From the NCBI GenBank assembly GCA_963693365.1, contig CAVNZM010000013.1:6314640-6378639 (forward strand): a stretch of DNA of 64,000 nt. Reading direction: 5' to 3'. Positions 13,608-28,123 of this stretch are shown one piece after another. This stretch comes from Amoebidium appalachense. Lineage: Eukaryota > Protista > Ichthyosporea. The notes under the pieces are model-generated. The model searched no databases. It worked only from the letters and a program-made list of their open reading frames with translations, and had not been told where the DNA came from. Every line of letters begins with the position of its first letter. Within the stretch, counting starts at the first letter, position 1. A program made the translations under genes and the position numbers.

Positions 13608-13791
13608 GGTAAGGTTATGTGTGTGCGTGGATGGAGGTGTGTATGTGGGTTCAGGGGGGAGGAGAAGATATGTGGATGTTAGTGTGTGTGGGTGTGGGGA
13701 GGGGGGGGGGGGGGGGGTGAGTGTGTGGATGATTGGGTGGGTGGGTGGGTGGGTGGGTGGTGGTGGTGGTGGTGGTGGTGGTGGTTTGAGG

Positions 13792-13830
<39 letters not shown>

Positions 13831-13889
13831 GTGTTTGTGTTTGGGGGGGGGGGATGAGGGGGTGCCGTGTGTATATCTGCGGGTGTATG

Positions 13890-13927
<38 letters not shown>

Positions 13928-14074
13928 CAGGGCAAAAAATAGGTCTTTTTTTCCTTTGAAGGATTCTTCTTTCTCGCTCTCTTTGTCCCCCTCTCTGCAG
14001 CTGTCGCGCGGGGGGGAGGGGGGGGGGGGGGGGGGGGATGCATATGTTCTATGTGTGAAATGACGCGTGTGATG

Positions 14075-14130
<56 letters not shown>

Positions 14131-14931
14131 GGGGGGGGGGGGGGGGGGGGGGGAGGGGGGGGAGGGGGGGGAATAGGGCTGAGGGCGCACGACTCTAAAC
14201 ATGTGGACACGTACGTGTAGCTGACGTTAGCATTGAGATTGTACTTGAAGGGCAGGTGGTGGGATCTGTTTTCTTGGTGCCAGTCCGCCCAGTACATGTT
14301 GAGTAGCCCCTGGTCACCCCCTGGAGGATACCGTGGGTGAATGGGCGGTAAACGGAGAAAAGGTGCCGGAAGGGAGGGGGGGGGGGGGGGGGGAGAGCAG
14401 GGAGGGAAGCGGGGAGGGGAGAGGGGGGCAGGGAGGGAAACGGGCAGGGGAGAAGGGGGGGGGGGGGGGGGTTTGAATGCGGAACACGGTACGAAGTACG
14501 CATACACGATGAGAAGCATGGTGCAGGACACATGCAAAGGCAAACATTCAAGTATGCAACATCGGCCATGCGCACAGTATGCGTCATAAGCAGAGCCCAT
14601 CCTCAGGGAGGGCCCAAGTCATCAATTGCGTCTGAGTTTCCGCGGGGGGGGGGGGGGGGGGGGGGGGGGGGGTAGCTCTTTAACGGGAACAAAAATACAC
14701 CGCAGAGACATCCACACTCAAGATACATCCATGCCTAAGATGCATTATCACAGACTCACACGTAGGCACACATGCCGCATCAGAGACATCCCCCCACCCC
14801 TCCAAACCTAAACCAAACTCCCCAGCAAGGAGCCGCTGGTTCGGCCCATTGTGGCCTGCCGAGATAAGCAAAGTAACCAGGGGAAGGGGGAGGGGGGGGG
14901 GGGGGGGGGGCTTCCGCAAGCTAGTGACCAA

Positions 14932-14971
<40 letters not shown>

Positions 14972-15110
14972 CACACACACACCCAACTCCACTCCCCATC
15001 CCCTCACCGCCACCATCATCATCATCAACAACCCACCCAGTAAACCTACCAAACTGAAACCTCCCTCTCCTTTCCTCCTTTTACCTATGCACCTATCCCC
15101 CCCAAATCTT

Positions 15111-15141
<31 letters not shown>

Positions 15142-15838
15142 ATATAACCTGTCCCCTGATGCACCTGCATCTCCCCCCCCCCCCCCCCCCCCTCCTCCCC
15201 GGCCCGGCAGGAGCACACATATGCCCGCATTGTCTTCCAAAAGTACCCTATGTGGTCAAAACATCACTCCTATGCTCTATCCATGTCTAGGTGGGGAAGG
15301 GGGGAGAAGGGGGGGGGAGGAAGGGACCACCACCCATGATCCGCTTCCACTCCCCTTCTTCCCCCCCCCCCCCCCCCCCCCCACCCCCCCCCCTCCCCCC
15401 CCCCCCCCCCTCCCTCAACGCATGCTCGACAATCCATACCATAGAATCACAACACCAACCACACATATAAAACACCGACACCACCAACGAAAGCCAACCA
15501 CTTCGAAGAAAAACTTTAAAAAAAATGCCCGCCACCAACATAAATTTCAGTTTTTCATACCATCGAAAGTTCCTCCCCTGGCAGCCAATTGCACCAACTC
15601 TTCGTATGTGCGAGTAGAGGGCCGGAAGACAAACACCCCCGAGTTGAAGCAGTCGGGCCACCCGCAGTCTGCAACGGCTGAAATTTCATCGCGATCGAAA
15701 AGCTCATCGCAGTTCTGATCGGCCGATCGGTATATAGATTAGCCGTAATCGGTGACATGCAAGTTGGGGTGGGGGGGATGAGGGGATGATAATGTGATGT
15801 TATGTGTGTCGGAGAGATGAAAGGGGTGTAAGAAGGGG

Positions 15839-15881
<43 letters not shown>

Positions 15882-16381
15882 GGATGATATAGATATAGGC
15901 AAGCAAGATTATGATGGTGTCATTCGTGTCAAGAAGAAATAGCATTGGGTGGCAAAATGGGCAGGTCGGGGGCGGGGCGGCCGGAAGGAAGGGGGGGGAA
16001 GGGGGGCAGGAGGAGAGGGGAGGGGGTGGAGTAAATTATGCATGAGAAACACAATTGGTTGTGTTTGTGTGTGTCAGGGTGAAAAGGGTGCAGAGGGATT
16101 TGTATGTGTGTGTGATTTTGTATGTGTGTGTGTTTGCGTTTGTGTGTGTGTGTGTGTGTTGAAGGAGAGGGGGGGTGTTTGCATCACGGTGTGTGTGTAT
16201 ATGGCAGTGTGGACCGAGTGGAGGGAATGGGCGGGGATGTGGGGTAGGGATGGAGGCATATTGCCTTAAAGAGGTGTGAGGCGTGTGAAGTTGGAGAAGG
16301 AAGGGCAGGGGGGGGGGGGGGGGGGGAGGGGGGTTCTTGGGTTGTGGTGTGGGTATCGAAAGCCCCCTTGTACCCGTCTCC

Positions 16382-16412
<31 letters not shown>

Positions 16413-16447
16413 AAAAAAAAAAAAAGCTGGCACAATCAAGACACGAG

Positions 16448-16486
<39 letters not shown>

Positions 16487-17603
16487 TTTTTCCCCACAGA
16501 AGACAAAACACAGCCACACCTACCAGCACAACATAAACCCACATCAGCCTTTCCTCATCTTCTCTTGCTCTTACCCATTTCTCGTGTAACAAAACCTCCC
16601 ACCCAACTTCCAGTCCATTCTCCCAGCCCAACTCTCCCTCCGTCCCCCCCCCCCTCCCCCTCCACCCCCCTTCTCCCTCCTACCTCCCCCCCCCCCCCCC
16701 CCCCCCCCTCCCCCCTCCGGGGCTTGCCCTCGTCCCCACCCCCTCCCCCTGTCACACATACACCCCCACATCTGCAAACCCAACCTTTGCCTGCTGCTTT
16801 CCCCCCTCCTCCCCCCTCTTCCCCACCTCCCAGCCCACCCTTTCCCCTCCTGCACACACACACATACCAGGTCTATCCTTCCCCCTCCCCCCTCCCCCCC
16901 CCCCCCCGCCCCCCGCACACACCTAAAACCCACATAACCACGTACATCCCCCCCCTCCCCCCCCAACCTCACACACCCACAACCCCCCCCCCCCCACCCG
17001 CTCACAACCCCCCACGCACCCAACCACCCACAACCTCCCCCCCTCCCCCCCCCTTCAACCCAACCCACCCACCCACCCACGCACCTGCAGCACTATGCAG
17101 TCAGCATCCAAAAACACGGCCTTTTCAAAGTCCGTCAGCAGCCACGCATTGACCTTGGTCAGTGTGACCCCCAATTCCGGCCGGCCCAGTAGGCTCAGGC
17201 TGGCCCGGTCCCCACTGTCTAGCTCCTCCACAGAGACAACGTGGTCGAAAATAGACCGTAGCTGGTCCCTGTGTGGTTACGGGGTGTGTGTGTATGGGGT
17301 GAGCGTGGGATGTGGTGTGTGGTGTGTGTGTGTGTGTGTGTGTGTGTTGGGAGGGGAGGGAAAGGCGGGGTTCTGCATGTGCATGCGTGTATTAATAAGG
17401 GAAGGCGGAGTCTGAGGGGGGGAGGGGGGCGGCAACAGCAGCAGGGGGAGTGAAAGTCAATAGAGTGTTCCAAATAAAACGGTGTAAGGAGCACATGTCG
17501 GGGGGAAGGGGGGGGGGGGGGGGGGGGGGGGTAGAATGCATCACAGAGTACCCAGAGGGAGGGGGGAGGGGGAGAGGGGAGGGCTTATCATGCTTCACGA
17601 AGG

Positions 17604-17636
<33 letters not shown>

Positions 17637-17899
17637 AGATGGAGCAGATATGGGCAGGAGGACGGACATGGGGCCATGGAGGGGAGGGGGAGTGATCACA
17701 AAATCCGACCTATTTATATCCCGAGGTGCGAAGGGGTATAGGGTGTGGGTAAAGTCCGGGTAGGAGTGGGGGTGACGTGGTGGGGAGAGCGCAGGACGGA
17801 GAGGGATGAGGAGGGGCCGGCGGGGGGGCCAGGTGAAGGTGGATGTGAGGCAGGGCTGTGGTAGCCGGCTGAAAAAGATGGGGGGAGGAGGAGGAGGGG

Positions 17900-17930
<31 letters not shown>

Positions 17931-19685
17931 AGGTGGTGGGGAAGAAGGATGTCATGGGTGTTTCATCTGAAGGGGAAGGGGGGAGGGAACAGTGGGGTTT
18001 GAACGTACCTGACAGGATTCGACACCCCCTCGGTCGCCATGACAACGGTTTCCCGCGTGGTGCCCACATCCCTCAGTGATTGGCCCAGACAGAGGGCCCC
18101 CTTTGAGTATTCGTCATTGGTCACGAGGGTAACCCACGCCTCTCTTCTTCCTGCAGGTTGCAGCACTATTTGTTAACAACATGTTAGCTAGTGTAACACA
18201 AAAACACACACACACACATGACAAAGTGCACACACGACAGAAACACACACACAGACAAATGGGCAACTTGAAATAAATTTCCCAATTTGTATAAGGCGCT
18301 CTGCTTGTGTGTTACACAGCACACTTTTGTCATTTTATATTAACTTGGCGCACTATATAGCAACTTCTTATATTGTAGTGCCCCCCTTCGCCCCCCTTCC
18401 CCCCTCCCCCCGCCCCCGGGCTGCAACCATAGAGGGAAAATATACCAACACCCCGGGCTGCATTGGTGCAAACATAGACATCCACAGAAATGTGTTAACT
18501 AGCACTCTGTGTTCCACCGCCTCCCACTTTTGATTGGGCCACAGAACTTATATGTCCAAGCCTTCTACTCCCCGTGTGCCCTCTACGCCTAGTGTCGCCA
18601 GTGTCCTTGAAAAAACGCTTAGTTTTTTTTTTTTGGCCTTCCCTTCTCCCCCTCCACCTACCACTACACACACACACAGAATACAGGCGCACACTCACTC
18701 ACAAACACACCCGGCAACCTCCCCTCCCCCCTCCCCCTCTCCCCCAGAGATACACACACACACACCCGCCCACCAGTTCCCCCCCCCCCCCCCCCCCCTC
18801 CCCTTTCCACCCGCCAACCCCTTCCCGCCCTCCCGCTACTCATGCCCCTGGTTTCTGTCTGTGCGGCTAATTATCACATGCCCCTGCCATCCTTCCATCC
18901 CTCCATGCCCCCCCCCCCCTCTTTCCTCCGCCACCCACCCACTCCCTTCTGGCCCCTACCCCCTTTGCCAAAGTGTCTTTCGTTCTCACCGCTCCAAATC
19001 AACAACCAGCTCTCCTTCTCTGCCTCACCACCCCCTCCCCCCCCCCTTCCCTCCCTCCCCCCTTCCCCACCCGGCCCCCACCTCCCCCACCCAACTCTCT
19101 TATCGGTCTTCCCCTCCCCCCCCCCCCCCCCCCCCCACCACCCCCTCTCCCCACTCCCCATTGAAAAACCCACCACGGGCTGCCTGCCCCCTCGCCAATA
19201 TTGATTTCCAACAGGTTACCTTACACAAGAGCTAATTAGCAGCAGGTGCCTACAGTGTTCAGTCACAGAATTCCACTGCTTATTACCCCCTCCCGCCTTC
19301 TCCCTCTTCCCCCTCTCCCCTCCCCTCTTCAGGTTGTCCTGCACATTATCCGGAGCCGACCTTCTCACACGAGAGTCCTGCATGCGGACTAAAGGATGCT
19401 TACTTGACACCCCTACCCCCCCCCCCCCCCCCCCACCACCACCACCACCAACATCCCCTCCCCTCACCTCTCTCTCTCCAAAATCCCCCCCTTTCCCTTC
19501 TCCCCACCCACCCTTCTCCCGGAACTACATGCCGCCCACAAAGAGACAGCAAGCTGAATCCTCAAAGTTGCTTCACATTGCATCATAACTTCCACCTCTC
19601 AGACACACGCGCGCGCACCATAAACGCACACACGCATAAAAGCACTTGCATACGTGCACGGGCACACATACAACCCACCCTCCAT
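9048..19685 (-). CDS. GYG: Glycogenin (GT8) with a long low-complexity C-terminal extension, ~800 aa, 10 exons
   Basis: Exons 19685-19679 (tentative start MEG), 18150-18009, 17268-17085, 15714-15561, 14320-14215, 13457-13274, 12708-11936, 11302-10887, 10366-10263, 9399-9048. All are GT/AG and phase-consistent except for one extra base in exon 7. Motifs: [24 protein letters not shown] (DxD), [31 protein letters not shown] (autoglucosylated Tyr position), [10 protein letters not shown]. Confidence 0.92.
14472..14640 (-). mobile_element. Family B 3' fragment inside a glycogenin intron
   Basis: Reverse complement of ~5755-5923, with G-runs on both sides. Confidence 0.8.
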
Positions 19686-20865
19686 GATGACAAGATCAGC
19701 CCCTCGGATTGTTGCTAGATCTGACCCCCCGGTTTTTGACTCTTCTCTAACAGCCTGTTTCTAGCTGTTACCTAGCACATAACCCAGAAACACTCATTTC
19801 CTGCTTTTATACCTTTCCTTTACACCTGCTAAAAGCTACGCTGATTCCTTAAAACTGTGCTTTATAAATCTCTCTAACACACCCGACAGGGGAAGGTTGG
19901 GAAAATGTAAAAGTCAAACGTGTGCTTGTGACGGACCTTCTTTTGTAACGAAATGCACACGCTGCTGCTGGCAGAGATCGCCAGAGCGAAGCAAAAAGCA
20001 GTCAATGGCCTGTCCGGCAAGGCTGATTGACTTTTGCCTAGGGTGGGCTTGCAGTTGCTACGGGGGGGAAAAAAAAGGTAATTAAAAATACATGTTTATA
20101 TTTTTAGGAAATGATTTTTAAGTTAAAATCATGTAAATGTTGCTTAGCTTTAATTTAGTCATGTAATCAAGAGCAGAATGCACGCCACTTTGTCCAATAC
20201 TTCTCGTGCTTTTGCCCGAGGCTGTCGTATCCAATCATTTGCCAGCCAATCACAGAGGGCTTCTCGCAATATATGGCATTATATGCATGCGCATGTATAT
20301 GATCTGCCTGTAATAGAAGTTGAGTATATCAATATCAATCTTTTATTCAAAATATATTCATATGCTGTGATTGTAATAGTATGAACTCAGCATGGGGCCA
20401 CCTTTCGGCAACCACGCCGCCCGTAGCCCGCCCACATTGACATCAATCACTTTGCCTTATTTGGTAGGGTCTTGTACCGTGATACTTGCAAATAGTGATC
20501 CATTCTGATTGGCCAGATGGATCATGAACAAAGTGTGACACAATGTGCATCATCAACGAATTTTTTTTATAACAGGACTGTATATAAGTACTAGAAGCAG
20601 TTGTAAAATGAATTTGAGCCTTTTTTCTACATTTTATTTGATAGAAGCGGGCAATGGACAGTCCAAGTTCGAAGTGCAGCACTGCAGGTAATGAAGTCAC
20701 CTCTTATTGGTGGATCTTGAAGAATAGGTTCCATGAACCAATCATATTACACGTCCCAGAGGCCGCTCCCACACTCCGGCCCACCAATCATAATATACTT
20801 GGTGGTTCCCAATCTCGGCCGGTCAGATAAGGTACGGTCACGTGACCGAAAGATTGGGCCTTCGG

Positions 20866-20903
20866 CAAGGCCTCCTAAATAGGTGTGCTATTTAGGAGGC
20901 CTG
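20866..20903. repeat. Palindromic mini-element, second family (also at 40552-40586)
   Basis: CAAGGCCTCCTAAATAG-GTGTG-CTATTTAGGAGGCCTG; no clean TSD. Confidence 0.6.
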
Positions 20904-21736
20904 AGATAGGGGTATGGGGGGAAGAACTAACGGGTTCCAAAAGATCCCGGAACCAATTAGGGTGCTTACGTCATAGCGCAATGTCTTCTCATCCAATCAG
21001 ATTGCAGTTGTTATAGCACGGTGCTCCATTACATCAGAACCCGGTTAAAACCATACCATAGCAACCATGTGCGGGGGCGCGGTGTTCTATTCAGTAACCG
21101 TCATAGTCACGTGACTTGCAAGCCGCGCGAATACGAATAACCCAATCAGATTTAGCCGTATTTACGCGCCATGTTTGACAGGTGGTAAACCATAAAAGGT
21201 TAGTTTTTGTCACATTGCCAGGGTTGGGCTGGGGTTCGCCAGCTTAACCGTATCGCCCTTTGGCCAATCATAACGGACAATTTCTTAATCGTAACGGGTG
21301 GGTTCTTGGGGAACTGCAAGCCCCGCCTAAAACGCCCCTCCAGTCGCAAAACTCAAAATACGTGTTTTTACAAATTGAGTACCGCAAGATTACTTGTCAT
21401 ATCTTTCCGTCGAATAAATCCAGTCAAAAGAAAAAGATTACAAGGTTTGAGGGGGGCCTGTTGGGAAGGAGCAGTAATGATGTCTTCTTGCAGAGTGTGG
21501 TCTGGTCAACATCGATGCATATGACTAGTTGGAGCAAACTAGTTTCACGCATACACGTACACTTACGCGTACGGTTTTGCCCGCTGGTGTCCTTTGTCAC
21601 TTGTTGCTTTATTTTTATTTCGTAGCTTTGGCTTTTTCAGTTCTATTGGTGGCTATGTAGCCTGTGGCTGCACGTTGCCTTCATCAACGGATCAATAAAC
21701 CCGAGTCAAAAGAAAAAGATTACAAGCCCTAGAAAC

Positions 21737-21772
21737 CACGGCCATCTAGAAACTCGTTTCTAGATGGCCGTG
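21737..21772. mobile_element. 36-bp palindromic mini-element with a 9-bp target-site duplication
   Basis: cctagaaac-CACGGCCATCTAGAAAC-TC-GTTTCTAGATGGCCGTG-cctagaaac. Confidence 0.75.
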
Positions 21773-23355
21773 CCTAGAAACTTATCGGGGCTCGATATTG
21801 CACATGAGAAACGCTGTAGATATGTTCTTGGGGGGGAATGTGCTGTTCTTGAACAGAAATATTGAAAAAAAGGGAAAATTACATATTCAAGCGTTTATAA
21901 TGCTACACACCTGATACGAAAGCTGTTACGACGGTACCCTGACCTTATTCGTATCGGGGTCTCTCGTTAATCGTAATCACGACGATTTTTTTCGTAATCC
22001 CTACCCTGCACATTGCATTGTTGGATATATTTTTTGGTTTTTGTTTTCAACAGGCTGCAGCCGCTGCCTTCAGGACTATTATTTCTACAAAACAACATAG
22101 TAAGACATATAATAAAAGCTAAAATTATCTTTAATATAAAGAGGCCGCTCGGCATGAGACACTAAAGACAGACGGGACATTATTCTGTCTCAAGGAAGCC
22201 TTCGGCGAGGAGGAGGCAGTACACGTGAGGCGCGACTCAGTGCGCGATCAGTGTAGATATGGAGTAGCTAGTTGCAGTGACATCAGTACTAGTGGGGGCG
22301 GCGGGATTTCGAAATTTCTAACGGACGGAAGCTCCGCTATCATATCCGTGTCTTTGGCGGCGGATTTCAAAATTCCTAACGGACTCTGTGACGGCAGTAC
22401 AAGAGATCGGGGGTTTACACACTTTTTATTGCGTGGACACTGCCGGAGGCCCAGCCACATTCGACGGCCTACTGCGTTCCGTATCACTGAGGTACTGCCC
22501 TGCGTTTTCCAGCGCAGCCAATCAAATGCAGCCAGTGACATATGTACATGCTAGGCAAAAATGAGCGCCATCGTAGTAGAGATCGCGATCGCAAGAAGCC
22601 GATCAGTGTACCAGTTACCACAATCAGGGCGAGCGGAGCCCTGTCAGGGCGAGCGCCAAGGCGAGCGCAAGTGAGGCCCGGCAGCGACTCTTAGAGAGGG
22701 GTCAGAATCACATCACGTTAGGGAGGCCACTTGAACGGAGAATTCGAAGGAGAAAGGTTCGTATCATAGGTTTATATAGCCTACATAGCCCCAGTTGACA
22801 AATTATACACAAAAACATATTCTAACCGAGATTGGGCCCCACATCGCTGTGGGTGTACACCCACTGGATCGTTTATTGAACAGTTGTCGCCAGAAAATTG
22901 AACAATTGCTGTTTGTTTTTGCCACGTGTACAGTCAGTCACGGCAAGCTTGAACGATGAAGCAAAACAAGGAGTGGGCGAAAAAGTAGAAAGGAAAGTAA
23001 AGAACCAAAATCAACCCACTTTTATTTATTTTAAACGACTTGGTGTAGCCACCCTCTGACCGCACGGTGTGTGATCACGGACGTCATAATCATTATTTTC
23101 AACGTCGACGCGCGTGGACGCCGGCGCCATTCTTTTTTTGGGGGGGGGGGGGGGGGGGTTTGCCAAATAGCCAACAGTGGTGCATACATAAAAGGTCCAG
23201 GCTGCCAGCCTGACCGCACAAAGGTTCGATTAGAGAACCGACCGGGAGGCGGCTATGAGAACTTGGGCTTTGGGGAAAGGGTGAGGTGGGTGAGTGGGTG
23301 GGTGGGTGGGTGGATGGATGGGTCATGACGTCGTGGGCACGGTGTACGTGTGTGT

Positions 23356-23411
<56 letters not shown>

Positions 23412-23467
23412 ATGTGTGTGTGTCTGTGTGTCTGTGTGTGTATGTGTGTGTGTGTGTGTGTGTATGT

Positions 23468-23508
<41 letters not shown>

Positions 23509-23616
23509 ACGGTGTGTGTGCGTGTGTGCGTGTGTTCGAGCGTGCGTGCGCGCGCGCGCGTGTGTGTGTGCATGTTTGTGCGTCTGTGCGTCTGTGTGTC
23601 TGTGTGTGTGTGTGTC

Positions 23617-23672
<56 letters not shown>

Positions 23673-24707
23673 CATGTGTACGTGCGTGTGTTGTGTGTGG
23701 TTTGGCTGTGCACGGGGGTAGCCCCCAGGAGGGGGAGGGGGAAGAGGATGGGACACTGTCCCGGCCGGTGGGTTGGGCGGGGCGGGGCGGGAGGAGGGGG
23801 GGATGGGTGGGGTGGCCGGTGGGGAGGGGGGAGGGGGGTCACCATGACACTGCAGCCTTTTTTGTAAAATGGCGTGCGGTTCTAAAACACATGTAATAGT
23901 TGTATGATGTATGATGAACATAACCACCGACCACACGAAACAACTTGTAATGACACAGTAGTAGTCCACACAGAATTATAAACTCAAGCACACAAATACA
24001 TCTGCACACGCACATACTAGCGTGCGCACACGTGCACACGCACACACACGCACACACTCATACCAACACACACACACCCTGTATTGTACACACCCAAAAA
24101 CACACACGTGTGCACACACACAAACACACACACGTACACACACGTACACACACGCGCGCGTGACACACACACAAACACATGTGTAAACGCAAACAAAGCA
24201 AACACAGTGTCACACGTGCACTGGCTAGCGCACAAACAAATAATAAGGGTTCACGTCAGCTTTTCAATTCGTTGTGCCTGCACAGTGATTAGTAAACTCT
24301 GTCCGATTTATACCCTCCCGAGTCGGACCTAACATTTCCTGTTGCCCAATTTGAACTTCCTTGCCTCGGTCTCATATAAACAGCAGAAGAGGAAAGGGGT
24401 TGGGCTGGGAACAGTCACGTGGTATGTGTATGTCCGTGAGGGGGAGGGGGGACCCGGGGGGGGGGGGGGAGGGGGGGAGATGTGGCCGTGGTAGAAGGGG
24501 GGGGGGGGGGGGGGCTTCACTTAATTTAAAAGGGGGGGGGGGTAGCCCCCCGGATTTATGTATGTGTGTGTGTATTTGTGGGGGGGGGGGGGGGGGGGGG
24601 GGGAAGGGTTATCACTTTTTTGAGAGACATTTTTAAGAGCCCCCCCCCCCCCCCCCCCCCCCCCCAACACCACCACCACCACCACCACACCACCACCATA
24701 ACTACCC

Positions 24708-24753
<46 letters not shown>

Positions 24754-24818
24754 AAAAAAAAAAAAAAAAACCAAGAACAACAACCAAACAAAAAATCAGA
24801 AAAGAAAAGGTGGTGTGG

Positions 24819-24889
<71 letters not shown>

Positions 24890-25332
24890 AACCTACACGA
24901 TCCGGGCAGTGGACAGGGTTGTCTGCCATTGAATTTCAGCATTGATCCCACACTTTAGGATTGTGTTAATATTCATTGGTAAAAAGGTTCCTTGTCTCGT
25001 GATTTCAAATCAGGTTGGGGTAAGACAAACGCTTTCTTTCATCTTCGCAGGGATATACATACCTACGAACTAAAACAAAATCACCCAAATTGGTATCAAA
25101 GGCTTCCTAGCCTAACCAGTATTCGAATTGTTCCACATCTGGCCACTTATAACTCTATAATTACGTTGTTTGCTGCTTATCATAAACTGCTGGTGGGAGT
25201 CAGTCATTAGTGTACTCGCCGGTTGTGCTCACATGCACAAAAATTATGGCCATTTTTACGCTTTTTTATGACGCCATATCCAATCAATTCGCTTAAGTAG
25301 AAACAAAACACCAATGATCAAATCAATCGTTT

Positions 25333-25976
25333 CTATTGGTCGCCCTCCTCATCAGCAGCAATGTCTTCGCTTCCAGCCCCATCTTTCGAGCCCTTCTTCG
25401 TCTCAAAGTACGCATACTTACTGACCATATCGTTAGGTACAGGGTGCGAAAATTCCTCCTCTCCTGTGGTATTTGCCTCAAACTGAATCTCCTGCTTATC
25501 GGTGATGTGATCAGACACGATCGCCACCTTGCCCCCAGCAACCCTCTTAACGTAAAAACCCTTCTCATCACCCGGTTGGAGCATCCTTAAAGATTCATCC
25601 GACCACTTTCCATCTATGGAAATGTACATGTCGTAATACGCCGGTGCGGTGCCGTCGTTTCTTACTGTCACATGGGAGGTTTTGGTCTTGAAATTCACGT
25701 GATATGACGTAATCACATACTTGTACCCCATCAGCATGCCCACCTCCTTAAACCTCTCGATCTTCCCATTAACGTCGCCGAATTCGTTATTGTTCCCAGA
25801 CCGGAGCGCGTCATTAGCCAACGAGTAGGTCACGTGGTCACGGCGGGAAACGAAGTCGATCGACTCACCAAAGTTCGGGCCTTTGCGTGAGAGCGAATAT
25901 TTCTGCGCACTGTAGGAGGAATAGAGGCCAACTGGTCAGTCATTGAAAGCAAATTTTCTCTCTTTTTTTTTTTTTT

Positions 25977-26007
<31 letters not shown>

Positions 26008-26313
26008 GGGGGGGAGGGGTTGAGGGAGGTAACAGGAACGAAGCGGCAGACACAGAGAAGGTTTACGAAGCGGAGAGGTGAAAGGAAGGGGGGGAGGGGA
26101 GGGGAAGGTGAAAGGGGACCTGGAAGGCAAAATGGAAAGAGGAAAAAACAATGCAGATGTAAGCTGCCTCTTTTAGTGCAAAAGGGTACACATATCTTCT
26201 GGTTGGCGTGAGGCTGAGACGAGGAGGAGGAGAGTAGGGTGGGAAGCAGATAGTGAGAGGTGGAGGAGGATGGGGAGGAGGGGAAGGAACAGGGGGGGGG
26301 GGGGGGTGGTGGT

Positions 26314-26361
<48 letters not shown>

Positions 26362-27014
26362 AAGGGGGTCAGCACGAAAGGTACATATGGAAAGAGAGAG
26401 AGAGGATAAGGCGTAGGTAGGGTCTGTGTGAGTGGGTGGGTGTATGTGTGGGAGTGTTTTTTTTTTGGGGGGGGGGGGGGGGGTAGGGGGGGTACGGGTA
26501 CATACGCATCCTCGTAGGCAATTTCTCCGCCCATAGGGGCAAACATAGATCTCTCATCGTATCTCAGCAGCATACTCTTTGCTGCATTCTGCATGCGATC
26601 AGGATCTCCGGCCATAATCGTATCCATAAAACACCCAAATCGAAGTTGCAAAAGTTCGCGATTTACGAAGAATGGGCCTTGGAAATATTGCGGATCAACG
26701 GAATCGACGCTGATCTGCCATGGGGTTACCTTAAAGAGATTGGATGTTTCTTTAAGGAACTTGGTCTGGTATTGGTAGTCGGGGAAGTTTTGGCCGAACT
26801 TGTAGGTCAGGTTGTAGATGTGGTATTCGCTCCAGTGGCCGAACCCTACCTGTTGGGGTTATCGTCATTAACGAAGGCGGATTGATTGATGAGAGGTAAA
26901 TGTGTGCATCCCCGTTTGGGGGTAATGTAATGGGTTGGTGGGTGGGCCAGAGAAGGCTTTTTTTTTTTTTTTTTTTTTCCTCTTTCTTTCTTTCTTTTTT
27001 TTTTTTTTTTTTGT

Positions 27015-27056
<42 letters not shown>

Positions 27057-27197
27057 GATGATACGGCCAGCATGAAAGCAGCCTTTAGGATTTCTTTGGA
27101 ATTCAACACCTGCGGGGAGCTGAAAAGGGGGAGTAGGAGGGTGCAAGGTGGTATGTATGTGCATGTCTGCGTGCTCTTGTTTTTTTTTTGTGTGTGT

Positions 27198-27244
<47 letters not shown>

Positions 27245-28045
27245 AGGGTGGGGTGGGGGGGGGGGGAGGAGGGGGGGGGGGCGGGGGGGGGGGGGGGGGG
27301 GGGGGGGGGTAGTAGTACAGGCAGTCAGGGGAAAGTTGGTGATTGAAAAAGCCTGCATCAGTTTGTGTACTTGCAGCGAGGGACCGAAAGGAGGGGAGGA
27401 ATGGGCCGGGGGGGGGGGGAGGGGGGGGGGGGGGGGGGGAAGGGGGCGCTGAAAAGGAAGGTGCAGGAGGTGCCGATGGGACGGGAGGAGGAGGGGGGAG
27501 AAGGGGGGGGGAGGGGGGGGGGGGTAGTCTTGTACCTGCAGGAATGCCAATCGCTTGTCCCCGTCATATTTTGCGGCCAGCTTACGAAAGAATTCATCGT
27601 TAAAGGATTTAATCTCCTGCGATCCCCAGTTTGTATATTCCACCTTACGCCCCTCTGAGGGGTTAAACACCGTAATGGGTTTAAACTTCGGGAGTTTTTT
27701 GATGTAATCGGGCTCACCGGAAGGACTTCCGGGAGAACCGTACCAGAACCGCAAAACGGCTTGGTGCCCGCGATTGGATATTCCGTTGAGCTTTTCTTCC
27801 ACTTTCGACCAATCATATTTGCCCTTTTCCTTTACGACCGCCGAAAAAGGAAGCGAGAAGAACTCGAGGGAGAGGGCGTTGGTCGGGGGGCGGGGACTGT
27901 AGTCGGAAAACAGAACCAGACCCTTCATAGGGTTGACTTGAGTGATTTTAGAGGTCAGTTTTTGCGCTTTCCAGTCTGACTTTGTAGCTGTTTCCGCTAC
28001 TTGCCGCCTGAGGTGTGCGTGTGTGTGTTTGAGGTGTACGTGTGT

Positions 28046-28123
<78 letters not shown>

